Both the position numbers and the translations under genes were made by a program. From an uncultured Gammaproteobacteria bacterium (GTDB lineage: Bacteria; Patescibacteriota; Microgenomatia; Levybacterales; UBA12049), in assembly GCA_964408485.1 (NCBI GenBank), contig CAYOZJ010000005.1, positions 13,203 through 77,202 on the forward strand: 64,000 bases of DNA. The letters run 5' to 3'. Shown in pieces: positions 1 through 9,097 of this stretch (the first letter of the stretch is position 1; each line of letters opens with the position of its first letter). The notes under the pieces are model-generated. The model was given only the letters and a program-made list of their open reading frames with translations. It had not been told where the DNA came from and made no database searches.

Positions 1-36
1 CTTGACAAAGCTCTTACAAAACAAAATAATACACAT

Positions 37-828
37 ATGACCTCTATCTATCCTGAATTAAAAATTGATCGCATTAAATCCCCTAACCGCTTTTACGCCG
101 TACCAATAGTCGGCTTTTTAGTAAAACTCATTATGGTAATTCCCGTTGGTATTGAGCTGTGGGTATTAACTATCGCTCAATTTTTTGTGTATGTATTTAA
201 TAGCTTTTATATATCCTTTAAAGGGACATATTGGAAAAGTGCATATCGACTTAATTTGGGCATTATGAGACTGGAAACAAATCTTAATTTTTTCCTTTGG
301 GGACTAACCGATACCTATCCAGGATTTGATTTTAAAACAACAAACTACACTTTAGATATTGCCTATAATAAAAAGCCCAACAGACTTTTTGCAACACCAA
401 TTTTAGGACTTATTATTCGTTTTGTTATGCTTCTTCCGTATTCCATTTATTCTCAGGTTGTATCAACAGCATCATTTATCGCAATTCTTGTTTCCTGGAC
501 AGACGTACTTTTTAAGAAAAAATATCCTGCAACAACTTTCGAGATTGCTAGGGATTCTATTCGCGTTGATCAAGCAGCAAAAATGTATTACCTTGGCATG
601 TCAGACAGTTACCCTTCTTGGTGGATTTCTATGAATCATCAAGGACTCAAAATTCTTCTTCTTATTGCAGCAGCGCTTATTACTCTTTTCCAACTGAATA
701 ACCAAGTACAATCCTACATGCGACTTCCTGAACAAATACAAAAACAAATGGAGCAGCCCAAAACTCATTCAGACTATCAAAGCAAAATAACTTCCCCAGC
801 AGACAACAATTATAACTACTCGTACTAG
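37..828 (+). CDS. DUF4389-like membrane protein
   Basis: Two internal repeats of R...Y/F..GL.D.YP.F/W with TM segments; TTGACA at 2-7 upstream. Confidence 0.65.
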   Translation: MTSIYPELKIDRIKSPNRFYAVPIVGFLVKLIMVIPVGIELWVLTIAQFFVYVFNSFYISFKGTYWKSAYRLNLGIMRLETNLNFFLWGLTDTYPGFDFKTTNYTLDIAYNKKPNRLFATPILGLIIRFVMLLPYSIYSQVVSTASFIAILVSWTDVLFKKKYPATTFEIARDSIRVDQAAKMYYLGMSDSYPSWWISMNHQGLKILLLIAAALITLFQLNNQVQSYMRLPEQIQKQMEQPKTHSDYQSKITSPADNNYNYSY

Positions 829-858
829 TGGGTTTTAGGAAAATTTACTCTTGTTGGA

Positions 859-1098
859 TCAACTTTTTTTCATTCCTTCACCTCTTGGTCTTCCACGAGG
901 TTTTTCTACTTTATTTATCATATGATAACCCCTTTCACGATCTGGCGTAGGTAATTCAGGCATATCAAGCTGTTCGATATGAGATCTTGCTGCAGCTTTT
1001 GCTGCTTGCTGCTCTGCATTTCGAGCTCTCATTTCCTCTTCACGTTTTAAATAATTATTAACAGTTATCGCGTAAGGACTTTCGTGCTTATCAGTCAT
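859..1098 (-). CDS. Small orphan protein, basic C-terminus (KPRGRPRG, AT-hook-like)
   Basis: 79-aa ORF with TATAAT a short distance upstream of ATG. Confidence 0.55.
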   Translation of the reverse strand: MTDKHESPYAITVNNYLKREEEMRARNAEQQAAKAAARSHIEQLDMPELPTPDRERGYHMINKVEKPRGRPRGEGMKKS

Positions 1099-1173
1099 AA
1101 AGCAACTTTATTATAATAAACTTTCTCCAAAATACAATTGACTTCTTTAATCTCTCCTGAGAGACTATCTTAT

Positions 1174-2802
1174 ATGCAATTTCTTAAGCAGATCTCCTGG
1201 AGAGCATATCTAGTCATCTTTTTATTTATTCTCGCCTACTTACTATTAGGAATAATCAAACACAATCACTACTTATCTGGTTACGATTTAGCAGTATCGG
1301 ATCAAGTTATGTGGAAATATAGCGTTTTCCATAATCCTCTTACTACAATTCATGCATATCCTTTTACCTATATGTTTGAGGATCACATTGAATTTATTTA
1401 TGTATTCCTGTCTCCTATTTTTTGGTTGTGGAATACTGTTATTGCGCTTATTAGCATTCAAGCAATATTTTTCTGTCTATCAGGAATTCCCATGTATTTG
1501 CTAGCACGAAAAAAGGGATTACATGAAATTCTTTCACTGACTCTTTTATTTTCTTATTTATTTTTCTTTGGTACACAAAATGCTCTTTGGAATGATGTAC
1601 ACAGCAATGTCTTTGGCGTAAGTTTTCTTGCATGGATGATTTATTTTCTTGAATCAGGAAATACTCTTTGGCTTTGGATTAGTTTTTTCTTTTGTATTAC
1701 AGCAAAAGAAGACATGGCATTTTTAACTGGCGCGGTTGGAGCTGTGTGGCTTCTCAAAAGCGTAAAGCGTAAAGCATTAAGCGTAAAAAACTTAAAGCCT
1801 GTCATCTCGAGCATGCCGCTTCGGGGAAGCAAATACTCTTGGGGTAATGCGAGAGATCTCGTTGAAAGATTTCTCACTTTCGTTCGAAATGACAATATAA
1901 AAACCTCACTCCTTCTTATCTTCTTTTCCCTTTTCTATCTTCTTTTAGTATTTGTTGTATACTTTCCACACTTTACCCCAGGATATAGATTTTCCGGCAA
2001 TGAGAGTCTCCTTGCAAACACACTCCATTGGAATTACTTAGTTGATACAGTGTCAAAGCGACAAATCATTGTCTACTCATTGGGTTGGTTTGGATTTTTA
2101 CCTATTCTAAGTCCATTGTATTTACTCCCCTGGTTTGCAGATATTTTTCATTTCTTTGTCTTAGGACATGCAGTAGATTCTGCAGCAGAAATTTTTCTCC
2201 ATTACCGAGTAAGCATGGCGCCACTTCTTCTTTGGCCAACAATAGAAGGAATACAATTCCTCCTGCAAAGAGCAAACAGACTACCGACTACCGCTGCAGT
2301 CCGTAGTCCGAAAGCCCTAGGCACTACTCTTCAGCTTTTTCTTGCTCTCTACCTTCTTGTTTGCGCTTTTGCTTTACAATACACGCTTCACCTTCCCATA
2401 AGCTATTTGACCAAATCCTGGTTTTGGCATACACCTGCCTCTGTTATAACGATAAACAATACGCTCAAGTATTTACCAAAAAATGCATCTGTTGTTAGTC
2501 AAAATAATATTACGCCACACATTGCCCATAGAGACACTATTTTTACGCTTTGGCCAACTACCAATGGATTTAAAACGCTTGCGGATTCTCCTTGTGGTAA
2601 GTTGACTTGTCCATGGTTTCACTGGGTTGGTAATCCACAGTACATGATTGTTGACTCGTCAAGCGATTTTGATATTCGTCACTTTCTCCAAAATAGACCT
2701 GACTTTTTGGACGCCCTGAATACATTTGAAAAACTTAAAAAAATATCTGTAGTCCACCGTGAAGGCACCACTACTTTGTATAAAGTTCTTCAAAATCCAT
2801 AA
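1174..2802 (+). CDS. DUF2079 family multi-TM protein (GT-C-like) carrying three in-frame repeat insertions
   Basis: YDL..DQ..W, DH, DVH, KED motifs, many TM helices; ATG 1174 preferred over TTG 1138. Confidence 0.75.
   Translation: MQFLKQISWRAYLVIFLFILAYLLLGIIKHNHYLSGYDLAVSDQVMWKYSVFHNPLTTIHAYPFTYMFEDHIEFIYVFLSPIFWLWNTVIALISIQAIFFCLSGIPMYLLARKKGLHEILSLTLLFSYLFFFGTQNALWNDVHSNVFGVSFLAWMIYFLESGNTLWLWISFFFCITAKEDMAFLTGAVGAVWLLKSVKRKALSVKNLKPVISSMPLRGSKYSWGNARDLVERFLTFVRNDNIKTSLLLIFFSLFYLLLVFVVYFPHFTPGYRFSGNESLLANTLHWNYLVDTVSKRQIIVYSLGWFGFLPILSPLYLLPWFADIFHFFVLGHAVDSAAEIFLHYRVSMAPLLLWPTIEGIQFLLQRANRLPTTAAVRSPKALGTTLQLFLALYLLVCAFALQYTLHLPISYLTKSWFWHTPASVITINNTLKYLPKNASVVSQNNITPHIAHRDTIFTLWPTTNGFKTLADSPCGKLTCPWFHWVGNPQYMIVDSSSDFDIRHFLQNRPDFLDALNTFEKLKKISVVHREGTTTLYKVLQNP
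1801..1893. repeat. GTCAT...ATGAC palindromic (REP-like) element in frame in DUF2079
   Basis: Right arm 1867-1893 is the exact reverse complement of the left arm in nusG (7449-7475); contains the 24-nt core tgccgcttcggggaagcaaatact also found in argS and leuS. Confidence 0.85.
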
Positions 2803-2873
2803 TTTAATCTTTGTCAGGATTATGTCAAGCAACTATTGACTATAGGTATATAATATATTTAGAGGATAAATAT

Positions 2874-3143
2874 ATGGCTCAAGAACCAGAACCAACACTA
2901 TTAGAAGATGTAACAACAGCAATAGGACATGTTTGGAATGGAGCTAATCATGCATCACGTTTTCATCGTCATGTAAGCGATGGACCCAGAATACCAGGTA
3001 AATTGGGCAAAGTAATTCATGCAGCAGAAGGAGCAGGAGTACTTGCTGCATTTGCCATTACTGCGCTTGAACTTAAAGGACATGTGGATGCAGCTCGTAC
3101 TAGAAGGTCAGGACCTAATAAACCTCAGGTTGGTGGACAATAA
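2874..3143 (+). CDS. Small orphan protein with one hydrophobic segment
   Basis: GAGGA SD-like motif before ATG 2874 (MAQEPEP). Confidence 0.55.
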   Translation: MAQEPEPTLLEDVTTAIGHVWNGANHASRFHRHVSDGPRIPGKLGKVIHAAEGAGVLAAFAITALELKGHVDAARTRRSGPNKPQVGGQ

Positions 3144-3163
3144 AGTTTCCTTACTTAAGGAAT

Positions 3164-3817
3164 TTACAGTAAAATTGTCGCCAAAAGTCCCATTGCCACC
3201 CCCAGTATACTTCCTCCTATGACATCGCTTGCCCAGTGCTCTCCTAAGTAAATTCTGCTAATAAGCATTATTATATCGTATATAGCTATTCCAGCATAAA
3301 TGATATATTTTTGTGTCCGAGAAAGTTTTTTATTTTTCCCAACCAGTATCCCCAAAAATGCTGTCAAAAAGAGTGCTCGACCAGCATGACCCGAAGGATA
3401 TGAATTAGTTGCTTGTACGTAAAACTCAGGAAAGGTAAAAACATCATGAGTACGGAGTAAAAAATGAGGAGGTGGCAAATGGTGAACAAATGCTTTGCCA
3501 TAAATCTCCAAAAAATGCATGAGACCATAAAAAAATAATGCCCCAACAACTACTAACCACTTCCTGTGTGAATAGCTATATATTCCAGCGATAAGAAGTA
3601 AAACAATAGTGACAATCTCAAACTTCCCAATATCACTAAAAAAAGAAAATAGCCCGTCAAACCGTCTACTTACATGGTGTTGAAGTCGTACTGTTGTATT
3701 AAAATCAAAATGGACAAAAAGATTAAGATGCACCAAATACGAAAAAGCGACAAATAAAAGAAGTGTCCCAAGGCCAAACCATACTAGAATCCATGCTTCA
3801 CGAGAAATTTTCACCAT
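3164..3817 (-). CDS. PAP2 family phosphatase
   Basis: SYPSGH and SRIYLGEHWASDVIGG motifs. Confidence 0.9.
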   Translation of the reverse strand: MVKISREAWILVWFGLGTLLLFVAFSYLVHLNLFVHFDFNTTVRLQHHVSRRFDGLFSFFSDIGKFEIVTIVLLLIAGIYSYSHRKWLVVVGALFFYGLMHFLEIYGKAFVHHLPPPHFLLRTHDVFTFPEFYVQATNSYPSGHAGRALFLTAFLGILVGKNKKLSRTQKYIIYAGIAIYDIIMLISRIYLGEHWASDVIGGSILGVAMGLLATILL

Positions 3818-3915
3818 AATTTATTCTAACATAGGATAACGACTGCATGAAGGATTTAAAACACTCCCAAGTGCAGTATTTTTTTTAAAAACTATATGAT
3901 ATAATATCCACAATT

Positions 3916-4173
3916 ATGGTAGTAGAAACGCAAGGAGAATTTTGTTCAATCAAGGTTGTTAATACGGCAGAACGAATGAACAACTTTGATCCCGCTAATA
4001 CAGCAGCAACGCTAGAAGCCGTAGACAGACTGGGAACATCAAGTTTGAGAAGAAGAATGCCGGGCACATCTTCTTCAGCCGACGTTGATGCTTTTTATAG
4101 AAATGGCGGTCATGTACAGGTAAAACAAGCAATTGCACGCAGAAATGAACTAAGAAAACAACATCTCCTCTAA
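3916..4173 (+). CDS. Small orphan protein
   Basis: 85-aa ORF preceded by TGATATAAT. Confidence 0.5.
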   Translation: MVVETQGEFCSIKVVNTAERMNNFDPANTAATLEAVDRLGTSSLRRRMPGTSSSADVDAFYRNGGHVQVKQAIARRNELRKQHLL

Positions 4174-4259
4174 ATCATACCTCTTCTTTCCATTTATTAT
4201 AAGTCTCTTTCTTGCCTCTTTTTAAACATTCTATTACACTTATAGGCTTAAATTCGTGC

Positions 4260-4288
4260 TTGACAAAGAGTTTAATGGTTGCTATACT
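4260..4288 (+). promoter_or_regulatory. Sigma70 promoter of a near-leaderless orphan gene
   Basis: TTGACA 4260-4265, 17-bp spacer, TATACT 4283-4288, ATG at 4298. Confidence 0.75.
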
Positions 4289-4297
4289 TTACGTAAT

Positions 4298-4528
4298 ATG
4301 GCAATTGATGTTCAGCGACCAACAAATCTTCTAAAAGAATTGGCAGAGAAATTTTCTGAACCAGTAGCACGCAGAAATCCTGTACCCTCAGCAAAAGCTT
4401 CAACTCACGAAGCTTATTTAGCCACTTTACAACGCCCAAGCAGATCTCGTGATCAACTACGACTCGCTCGACACAATGCAGATCAACAGCATACGCATGT
4501 CTTAGGTTTTCTTCTTCGAAATAAGTAA
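4298..4528 (+). CDS. Small orphan protein
   Basis: ATG 4298 just after a consensus promoter. Confidence 0.55.
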   Translation: MAIDVQRPTNLLKELAEKFSEPVARRNPVPSAKASTHEAYLATLQRPSRSRDQLRLARHNADQQHTHVLGFLLRNK

Positions 4529-4566
4529 TTCCCTTCCTTTTTGAACCCTTAACTTTTTTATTAACC

Positions 4567-4607
4567 CTACTCTACCTTCAACTCTTTGAGCAATTTCTTG
4601 AATTCTC
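4567..4607 (-). repeat. Duplicated remnant of the galU 3' end (reads EFKKLLKELKVE*)
   Basis: 4579-4607 matches 5992-6020 at 27/29 nt. Confidence 0.8.
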
Positions 4608-4650
4608 TATCCTATTTGACTTCCATTTTTCTTTTCCATCATAATAAAGC

Positions 4651-5988
4651 ATGGCTATACAACCCGGCACTCCAGAAATTACACCACCTAAAGCTAAAAG
4701 CACCAAGGATACTCCTCCATTAACTCCCTTTCATTCTCAATATGTGGAACGTTTAGGACCTAATGGCGAAATAACCAGGTATCGGCTGCGTCAGTCAGGC
4801 GAAGGAAACTCAGGCAACTTGTATGACCTATCTCATCCTGATGTAGATTTTTGGCGAATAAACCAATATAGAACCCTTATGGAAAACACTATTAAGCCAT
4901 ATAAAGTCTTGAGCTCAAAAATGCATGACATAGAACTTTTTTCCAAACCGGAATCAAGACAGCGCCCTATTGTACAAAAGAACTTACAAGACAGCCTAAA
5001 TCAATTACTTGGAGGAGCAACTATCCTTTCATCAGAAATATCTCGCACCATGCGAGAAGCAACTCAAGAAGGAAGTGTAGCGCTAACTATTGGTTCATTT
5101 TTTAAGCATGTTGCCAATGATGGACCAAGGAGTAATTTAGAAATACCTCTTTCTTGGCTTGCAACATCAAGCTTTGAGGGTTATACCATGGTAGATACTC
5201 TCGCTCGATATGTTTATGGAGTAAAAGCAGAACCGGCTGATATAACAACACAAAGAGAATCTCAACAGCAAGACATACCTCAAAGGCTTGAAAAACTGCT
5301 TGATACACAGATTCCTATGGATGTTTTGAAAAGTGCAGCAGAACGCTTGCGAAAAAATCCAGTAGGCATAACGCTCAGCATGCTTTTGCAAGAAGTAAGT
5401 AGATCTTATCCCCCATTCATGGACAATATTGCAGAAAATCTTTCGAGCCAACAACCAATAGAACAACAGTCTGCCCACCTTATGCTGAAAACTTTTCAAG
5501 AATTTATTGCTACCTATCCTGAACCCATGCTCATAAAAGATCCACCGTGGAAAGAATGGTATAACCGCATAAAAAATAATCGCCTATTGGGAAAACCACT
5601 ATTCTCTCGCCAATCCTTTACACCAGAGGAAATGCTTAAAATACTGATAGGAGCTAAAAGCAGAGATAAAAGCATATCTAAAAAAACAGATCAGTTTATG
5701 AGCGCCTTGCATAATGCACCAAGTCAGGTTGGTAAAATGACTATGAATGATGCAATGGAACAAGTGAAAAAAACTTATCCTGATGGAATAATTCCTGGAA
5801 TAGAAGCTGCTGCAAAAACAAATGCAGCATTAAATAATCAGCCCTTCGAAGGAAGACTTCCTCTCTCACCGAATCAGGAAAGATATATAAGAAGAGTACG
5901 AAAAGAAGACAGAGAGAGCATACGATACTATCTGGAGCAGAATAACTACTTGCTTAATTTGTATCAGAAATATGTAGGCTTATTTTAG
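4651..5988 (+). CDS. Orphan 445-aa helical protein, leaderless, flanked by galU-end duplication
   Basis: Long ORF; TTGACT-N18-CATAAT then ATG 5 nt later. Confidence 0.75.
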   Translation: MAIQPGTPEITPPKAKSTKDTPPLTPFHSQYVERLGPNGEITRYRLRQSGEGNSGNLYDLSHPDVDFWRINQYRTLMENTIKPYKVLSSKMHDIELFSKPESRQRPIVQKNLQDSLNQLLGGATILSSEISRTMREATQEGSVALTIGSFFKHVANDGPRSNLEIPLSWLATSSFEGYTMVDTLARYVYGVKAEPADITTQRESQQQDIPQRLEKLLDTQIPMDVLKSAAERLRKNPVGITLSMLLQEVSRSYPPFMDNIAENLSSQQPIEQQSAHLMLKTFQEFIATYPEPMLIKDPPWKEWYNRIKNNRLLGKPLFSRQSFTPEEMLKILIGAKSRDKSISKKTDQFMSALHNAPSQVGKMTMNDAMEQVKKTYPDGIIPGIEAAAKTNAALNNQPFEGRLPLSPNQERYIRRVRKEDRESIRYYLEQNNYLLNLYQKYVGLF

Positions 5989-6867
5989 ATCCAACTCTTT
6001 GAGGAATTTTTTGAATTCTCCATTCAATTCTTCATGCTCTAGTGCCATTTCTACAACTGTTTTCATATATTCCAGCTTATTTCCCGTGTCATAATACCGA
6101 CCATTTTCTATTTCTACTGCGTACACTGGGACTCCTTGCTTTTCTAGCATATTAATTGCATCAATAAGCCAAATTTCTCCACCTTTTCCCGGCTCAACTT
6201 TTCGCAGTGCTTCAAAAATTTCAGGAGGCAAAATATATGCGCCGTGTGTTGCCAAGTTACTTGGAGCCTCATCTGGCTCTGGTTTTTCTATAATTGCTTT
6301 AATTTTAAATACCTTATCCTCCCCTGGTACAGCTTCCAAATCTGCTATTCCATAGCGCTTGAGGTCTTCTTTTTTATCTATTCTCACGCCGGAAATAACA
6401 ATACCGCCGTATTTTTCGTACACTTCAATCATTTGCTGAAGGCGTGGAGGCTTACTGTAAATAAACTCATCTCCCCAGAGGACGGCAAATGGTTCATTTT
6501 CTATTGTTGGCTCAGCTGCTAAGACCGGTGTTCCATTTCCATACGGACCTTTCTGCCTCACATAAATAAAATTGGCCATTTCAGAAATTCGCTCTGTCTC
6601 TTCAAGAAGCTTCTGCTTTTTTCCCATTTCTAAGTTGGCAATAAGCTCAGCATTTGGCTTGTCAAAATGATCCTCAATTGCTCGCTTAAGCGAGCCTGTA
6701 ACAATAATAATATCCTCTATACCTGATGCAACGGCTTCTTCTACAACATACTGAATAACCGGTTTATCAACTATGGGAAGCATTTCTTTTGGCATTGCCT
6801 TTGTCTGAGGGAGAAATCGGGTGCCAAAACCTGCGGCTGGGATAACGGCTTTGCGTATCTTTTTCAT
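5980..6867 (-). CDS. galU: UTP--glucose-1-phosphate uridylyltransferase
   Basis: KAVIPAAGFGTRFLP.TKA.PKEMLPIVDKP, EKP and YDTG motifs. Confidence 0.93.
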   Translation of the reverse strand: MKKIRKAVIPAAGFGTRFLPQTKAMPKEMLPIVDKPVIQYVVEEAVASGIEDIIIVTGSLKRAIEDHFDKPNAELIANLEMGKKQKLLEETERISEMANFIYVRQKGPYGNGTPVLAAEPTIENEPFAVLWGDEFIYSKPPRLQQMIEVYEKYGGIVISGVRIDKKEDLKRYGIADLEAVPGEDKVFKIKAIIEKPEPDEAPSNLATHGAYILPPEIFEALRKVEPGKGGEIWLIDAINMLEKQGVPVYAVEIENGRYYDTGNKLEYMKTVVEMALEHEELNGEFKKFLKELDLK

Positions 6868-6948
6868 TATGAGTAATTGCTATTGTACCCAAGAATCTCT
6901 TTACTTGTCAATCCAAGTTTGATACAATATCTGCTAGATCAGTACGTT

Positions 6949-7131
6949 ATGACCACACCGGTAACCTTTTTACAGCAAGTCTACGCAGAACTGAAAAAGG
7001 TCACCTGGCCGACAAGGCAAGAGATTGTGAGGCTAACAGCAACAGTTATCTTGATAAGCGTCATTGTGGGAGTATTTATAGGTGGACTTGACTTCATCTT
7101 TACTTCACTCCTTCAACTGGTTGTTAAATAA
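6949..7131 (+). CDS. secE: Preprotein translocase subunit SecE
   Basis: ELKKVTWPTR motif, single TM, upstream of nusG; ATG 6949. Confidence 0.93.
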   Translation: MTTPVTFLQQVYAELKKVTWPTRQEIVRLTATVILISVIVGVFIGGLDFIFTSLLQLVVK

Positions 7132-7139
7132 TCAAACTT

Positions 7140-8105
7140 ATGACAGACGATACAACAAAATTAGTAGAGGAAGCCATGGAAGAGGCTCAGGACGAACCTA
7201 CTACAGTAACAGAAACAGAAGAAGTTTTCAAAGAGCAAACTCCTGCAGAAAAAGCAGAAGAAGTAGTTGAAGAAGAATCGAAAGATGAAGAAGCAACTGC
7301 ACCGGAGCTTATTGCAGAAGAAGCAGTTGAGCTTGAAAACAAGCCTGAAGAATCATCCGACGCCGAGGCTATGGATGACAAGCCTCAAGTAGAAGAAGTT
7401 TCCAATGAAGAAATAAAGGTTGAAGAAACACCAGTAGAAGAATCCCCTGTCATTTCGAACGAAAGTGAGAAATCTAATACAGACGAGATTGCCGCGTCGC
7501 AAGCTCCTCGCAATGACGATAAGAATGATGAAAAACCTCAAGATGTTTTAGCTGAAGAGAAAAAGGAAATTGTTATTCCAGATAATGCAAAATGGTACAT
7601 TATTCATACCTATGCTGGGCACGAAAATAAAGTGGCAAAAGCTCTTAGACAGCGAGCAGAAACCATGGGTTTTGCAGATAAAATCTTTGATATTATTGTC
7701 CCAACAAGAGAAGTTACTAAAGTTGCAGGCGGTAAAAAGTCTCAAGTCCAAGAAAAAATCTTCCCAGGATATGTTATTGTCCGAATGGTCTTAACTGATG
7801 AGTCATGGATTTTAGTGCGCACTACTCCAGGCGTAACAGCCTTTATTGGTGCAGGCAATAAGCCAACCCCAATCTCAGAAAAAGAAGTAGAAGCAATCCA
7901 GAAATTTATGAAGGTAGAAGAACCTTTATACAAAGCATCTTTTGTTGTTGGTGAGGCTGTAAAGATAGTCGATGGTCCATTTGCTGATTTCTTGGGTACT
8001 ATTGATAGTATTGATGAAACAAAAGGCAAACTTAGAGTGTTAGTCTCTATCTTTGGTCGAGAAACACCAGTTGAGTTAGACCTTTTACAGGTTAGTAAAA
8101 TCTAA
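7140..8105 (+). CDS. nusG: Transcription factor NusG with long acidic N-terminal extension
   Basis: KWYIIHTYAGHENKV, FPGY, KOW DGPFADF.G, IFGRETPVEL. Confidence 0.95.
   Translation: MTDDTTKLVEEAMEEAQDEPTTVTETEEVFKEQTPAEKAEEVVEEESKDEEATAPELIAEEAVELENKPEESSDAEAMDDKPQVEEVSNEEIKVEETPVEESPVISNESEKSNTDEIAASQAPRNDDKNDEKPQDVLAEEKKEIVIPDNAKWYIIHTYAGHENKVAKALRQRAETMGFADKIFDIIVPTREVTKVAGGKKSQVQEKIFPGYVIVRMVLTDESWILVRTTPGVTAFIGAGNKPTPISEKEVEAIQKFMKVEEPLYKASFVVGEAVKIVDGPFADFLGTIDSIDETKGKLRVLVSIFGRETPVELDLLQVSKI
7449..7517. repeat. GTCAT...ATGAC palindromic element in frame in nusG (VISNESEKS...EIAASQAPRND)
   Basis: 36 bp (7483-7518) identical to 32906-32941. Confidence 0.88.
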
Positions 8106-8106
8106 T

Positions 8107-8331
8107 ATGGCAGGAGAACTTACATTAAAGCAAAGGTTTGTAGGAAAATCCTCTGGAAGACCATCAGGTGGAGTCGTCTATGATACAGAAAAACGAGCTT
8201 TCACGGATGGAAGAGATGCTGAACCTGCCACGCGAGCTGAAAAACTTGCTGTCGCAGGAACCGGAGGAAGAAGGCCAAAAAGTGGTTCAGTATGGGTATT
8301 TAATCAAAGCGGAGAAGCAATAAAGCTATAA
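8107..8331 (+). CDS. Small basic orphan between nusG and rplK
   Basis: 74-aa ORF abutting the nusG stop. Confidence 0.55.
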   Translation: MAGELTLKQRFVGKSSGRPSGGVVYDTEKRAFTDGRDAEPATRAEKLAVAGTGGRRPKSGSVWVFNQSGEAIKL

Positions 8332-8335
8332 ACTT

Positions 8336-8560
8336 ATGTCAGACAGAAAAACTATATCAAATAAAGCAGCCAAAAGAAGAAGGGGTGGAACAAACCAGGA
8401 GTTTGCTGGGGTAGTTGCACCAAAAAGTGAATCAACCCAATTAACAGAATTACACTTGCATCAAGAACGAACCGGGACAGTACCACCGTCTACTCCTAAG
8501 CGTAAGGTTTTTGATCCGTTTGGTCGGTGGAGTAAAGCAGATGGGAGAAATATAGAATAA
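8336..8560 (+). CDS. Small basic orphan between nusG and rplK
   Basis: 74-aa ORF whose stop abuts the rplK ATG. Confidence 0.55.
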   Translation: MSDRKTISNKAAKRRRGGTNQEFAGVVAPKSESTQLTELHLHQERTGTVPPSTPKRKVFDPFGRWSKADGRNIE

Positions 8561-8561
8561 T

Positions 8562-8981
8562 ATGGCTAAAAAAATAAAGACATTAATTAAATTAAATATT
8601 CCAGCCGGAAGTGCAACACCAGCACCACCAGTTGGTACAGCTTTAGGCCCACACGGACTTCCTATTATGGAATTCGTGAAAGCATTTAACGACAGAACGC
8701 AAGATCAAAAAGGCAATATCTTACCAGTTGTTATTACTGTCTTTGAAGACCGAACATTTAGTTTTATTACCAAGCGCCCACCTATTGCTGAAATGATTAA
8801 AAAAGCACTAGGAAGAGCAGGATCTGGTAAGCCAGGAAAAGAATCAGCAGGCACACTTTCTATGACACAAGCTCGAAAGATTGCAGAAGATAAATTGGAA
8901 GATTTGAATACAGACAACGTAGATCAGGCAGTAAAAATCGTTGCAGGAGTAGCACGAAGTATGGGAGTAGAAGTCAAGTAA
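8562..8981 (+). CDS. rplK: 50S ribosomal protein L11
   Basis: AG.ATPAPPVG.ALG, ARSMG motifs. Confidence 0.97.
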   Translation: MAKKIKTLIKLNIPAGSATPAPPVGTALGPHGLPIMEFVKAFNDRTQDQKGNILPVVITVFEDRTFSFITKRPPIAEMIKKALGRAGSGKPGKESAGTLSMTQARKIAEDKLEDLNTDNVDQAVKIVAGVARSMGVEVK

Positions 8982-9097
8982 AACTTGAAGATACGAATTC
9001 ATGCAAATGGTTACTCCAAATGAATCCAAATAAAGGAATATTTGGATCAATTCGGACTAATAATTCGGATACATTAGGTATTTCCTGAAAGGAATTT

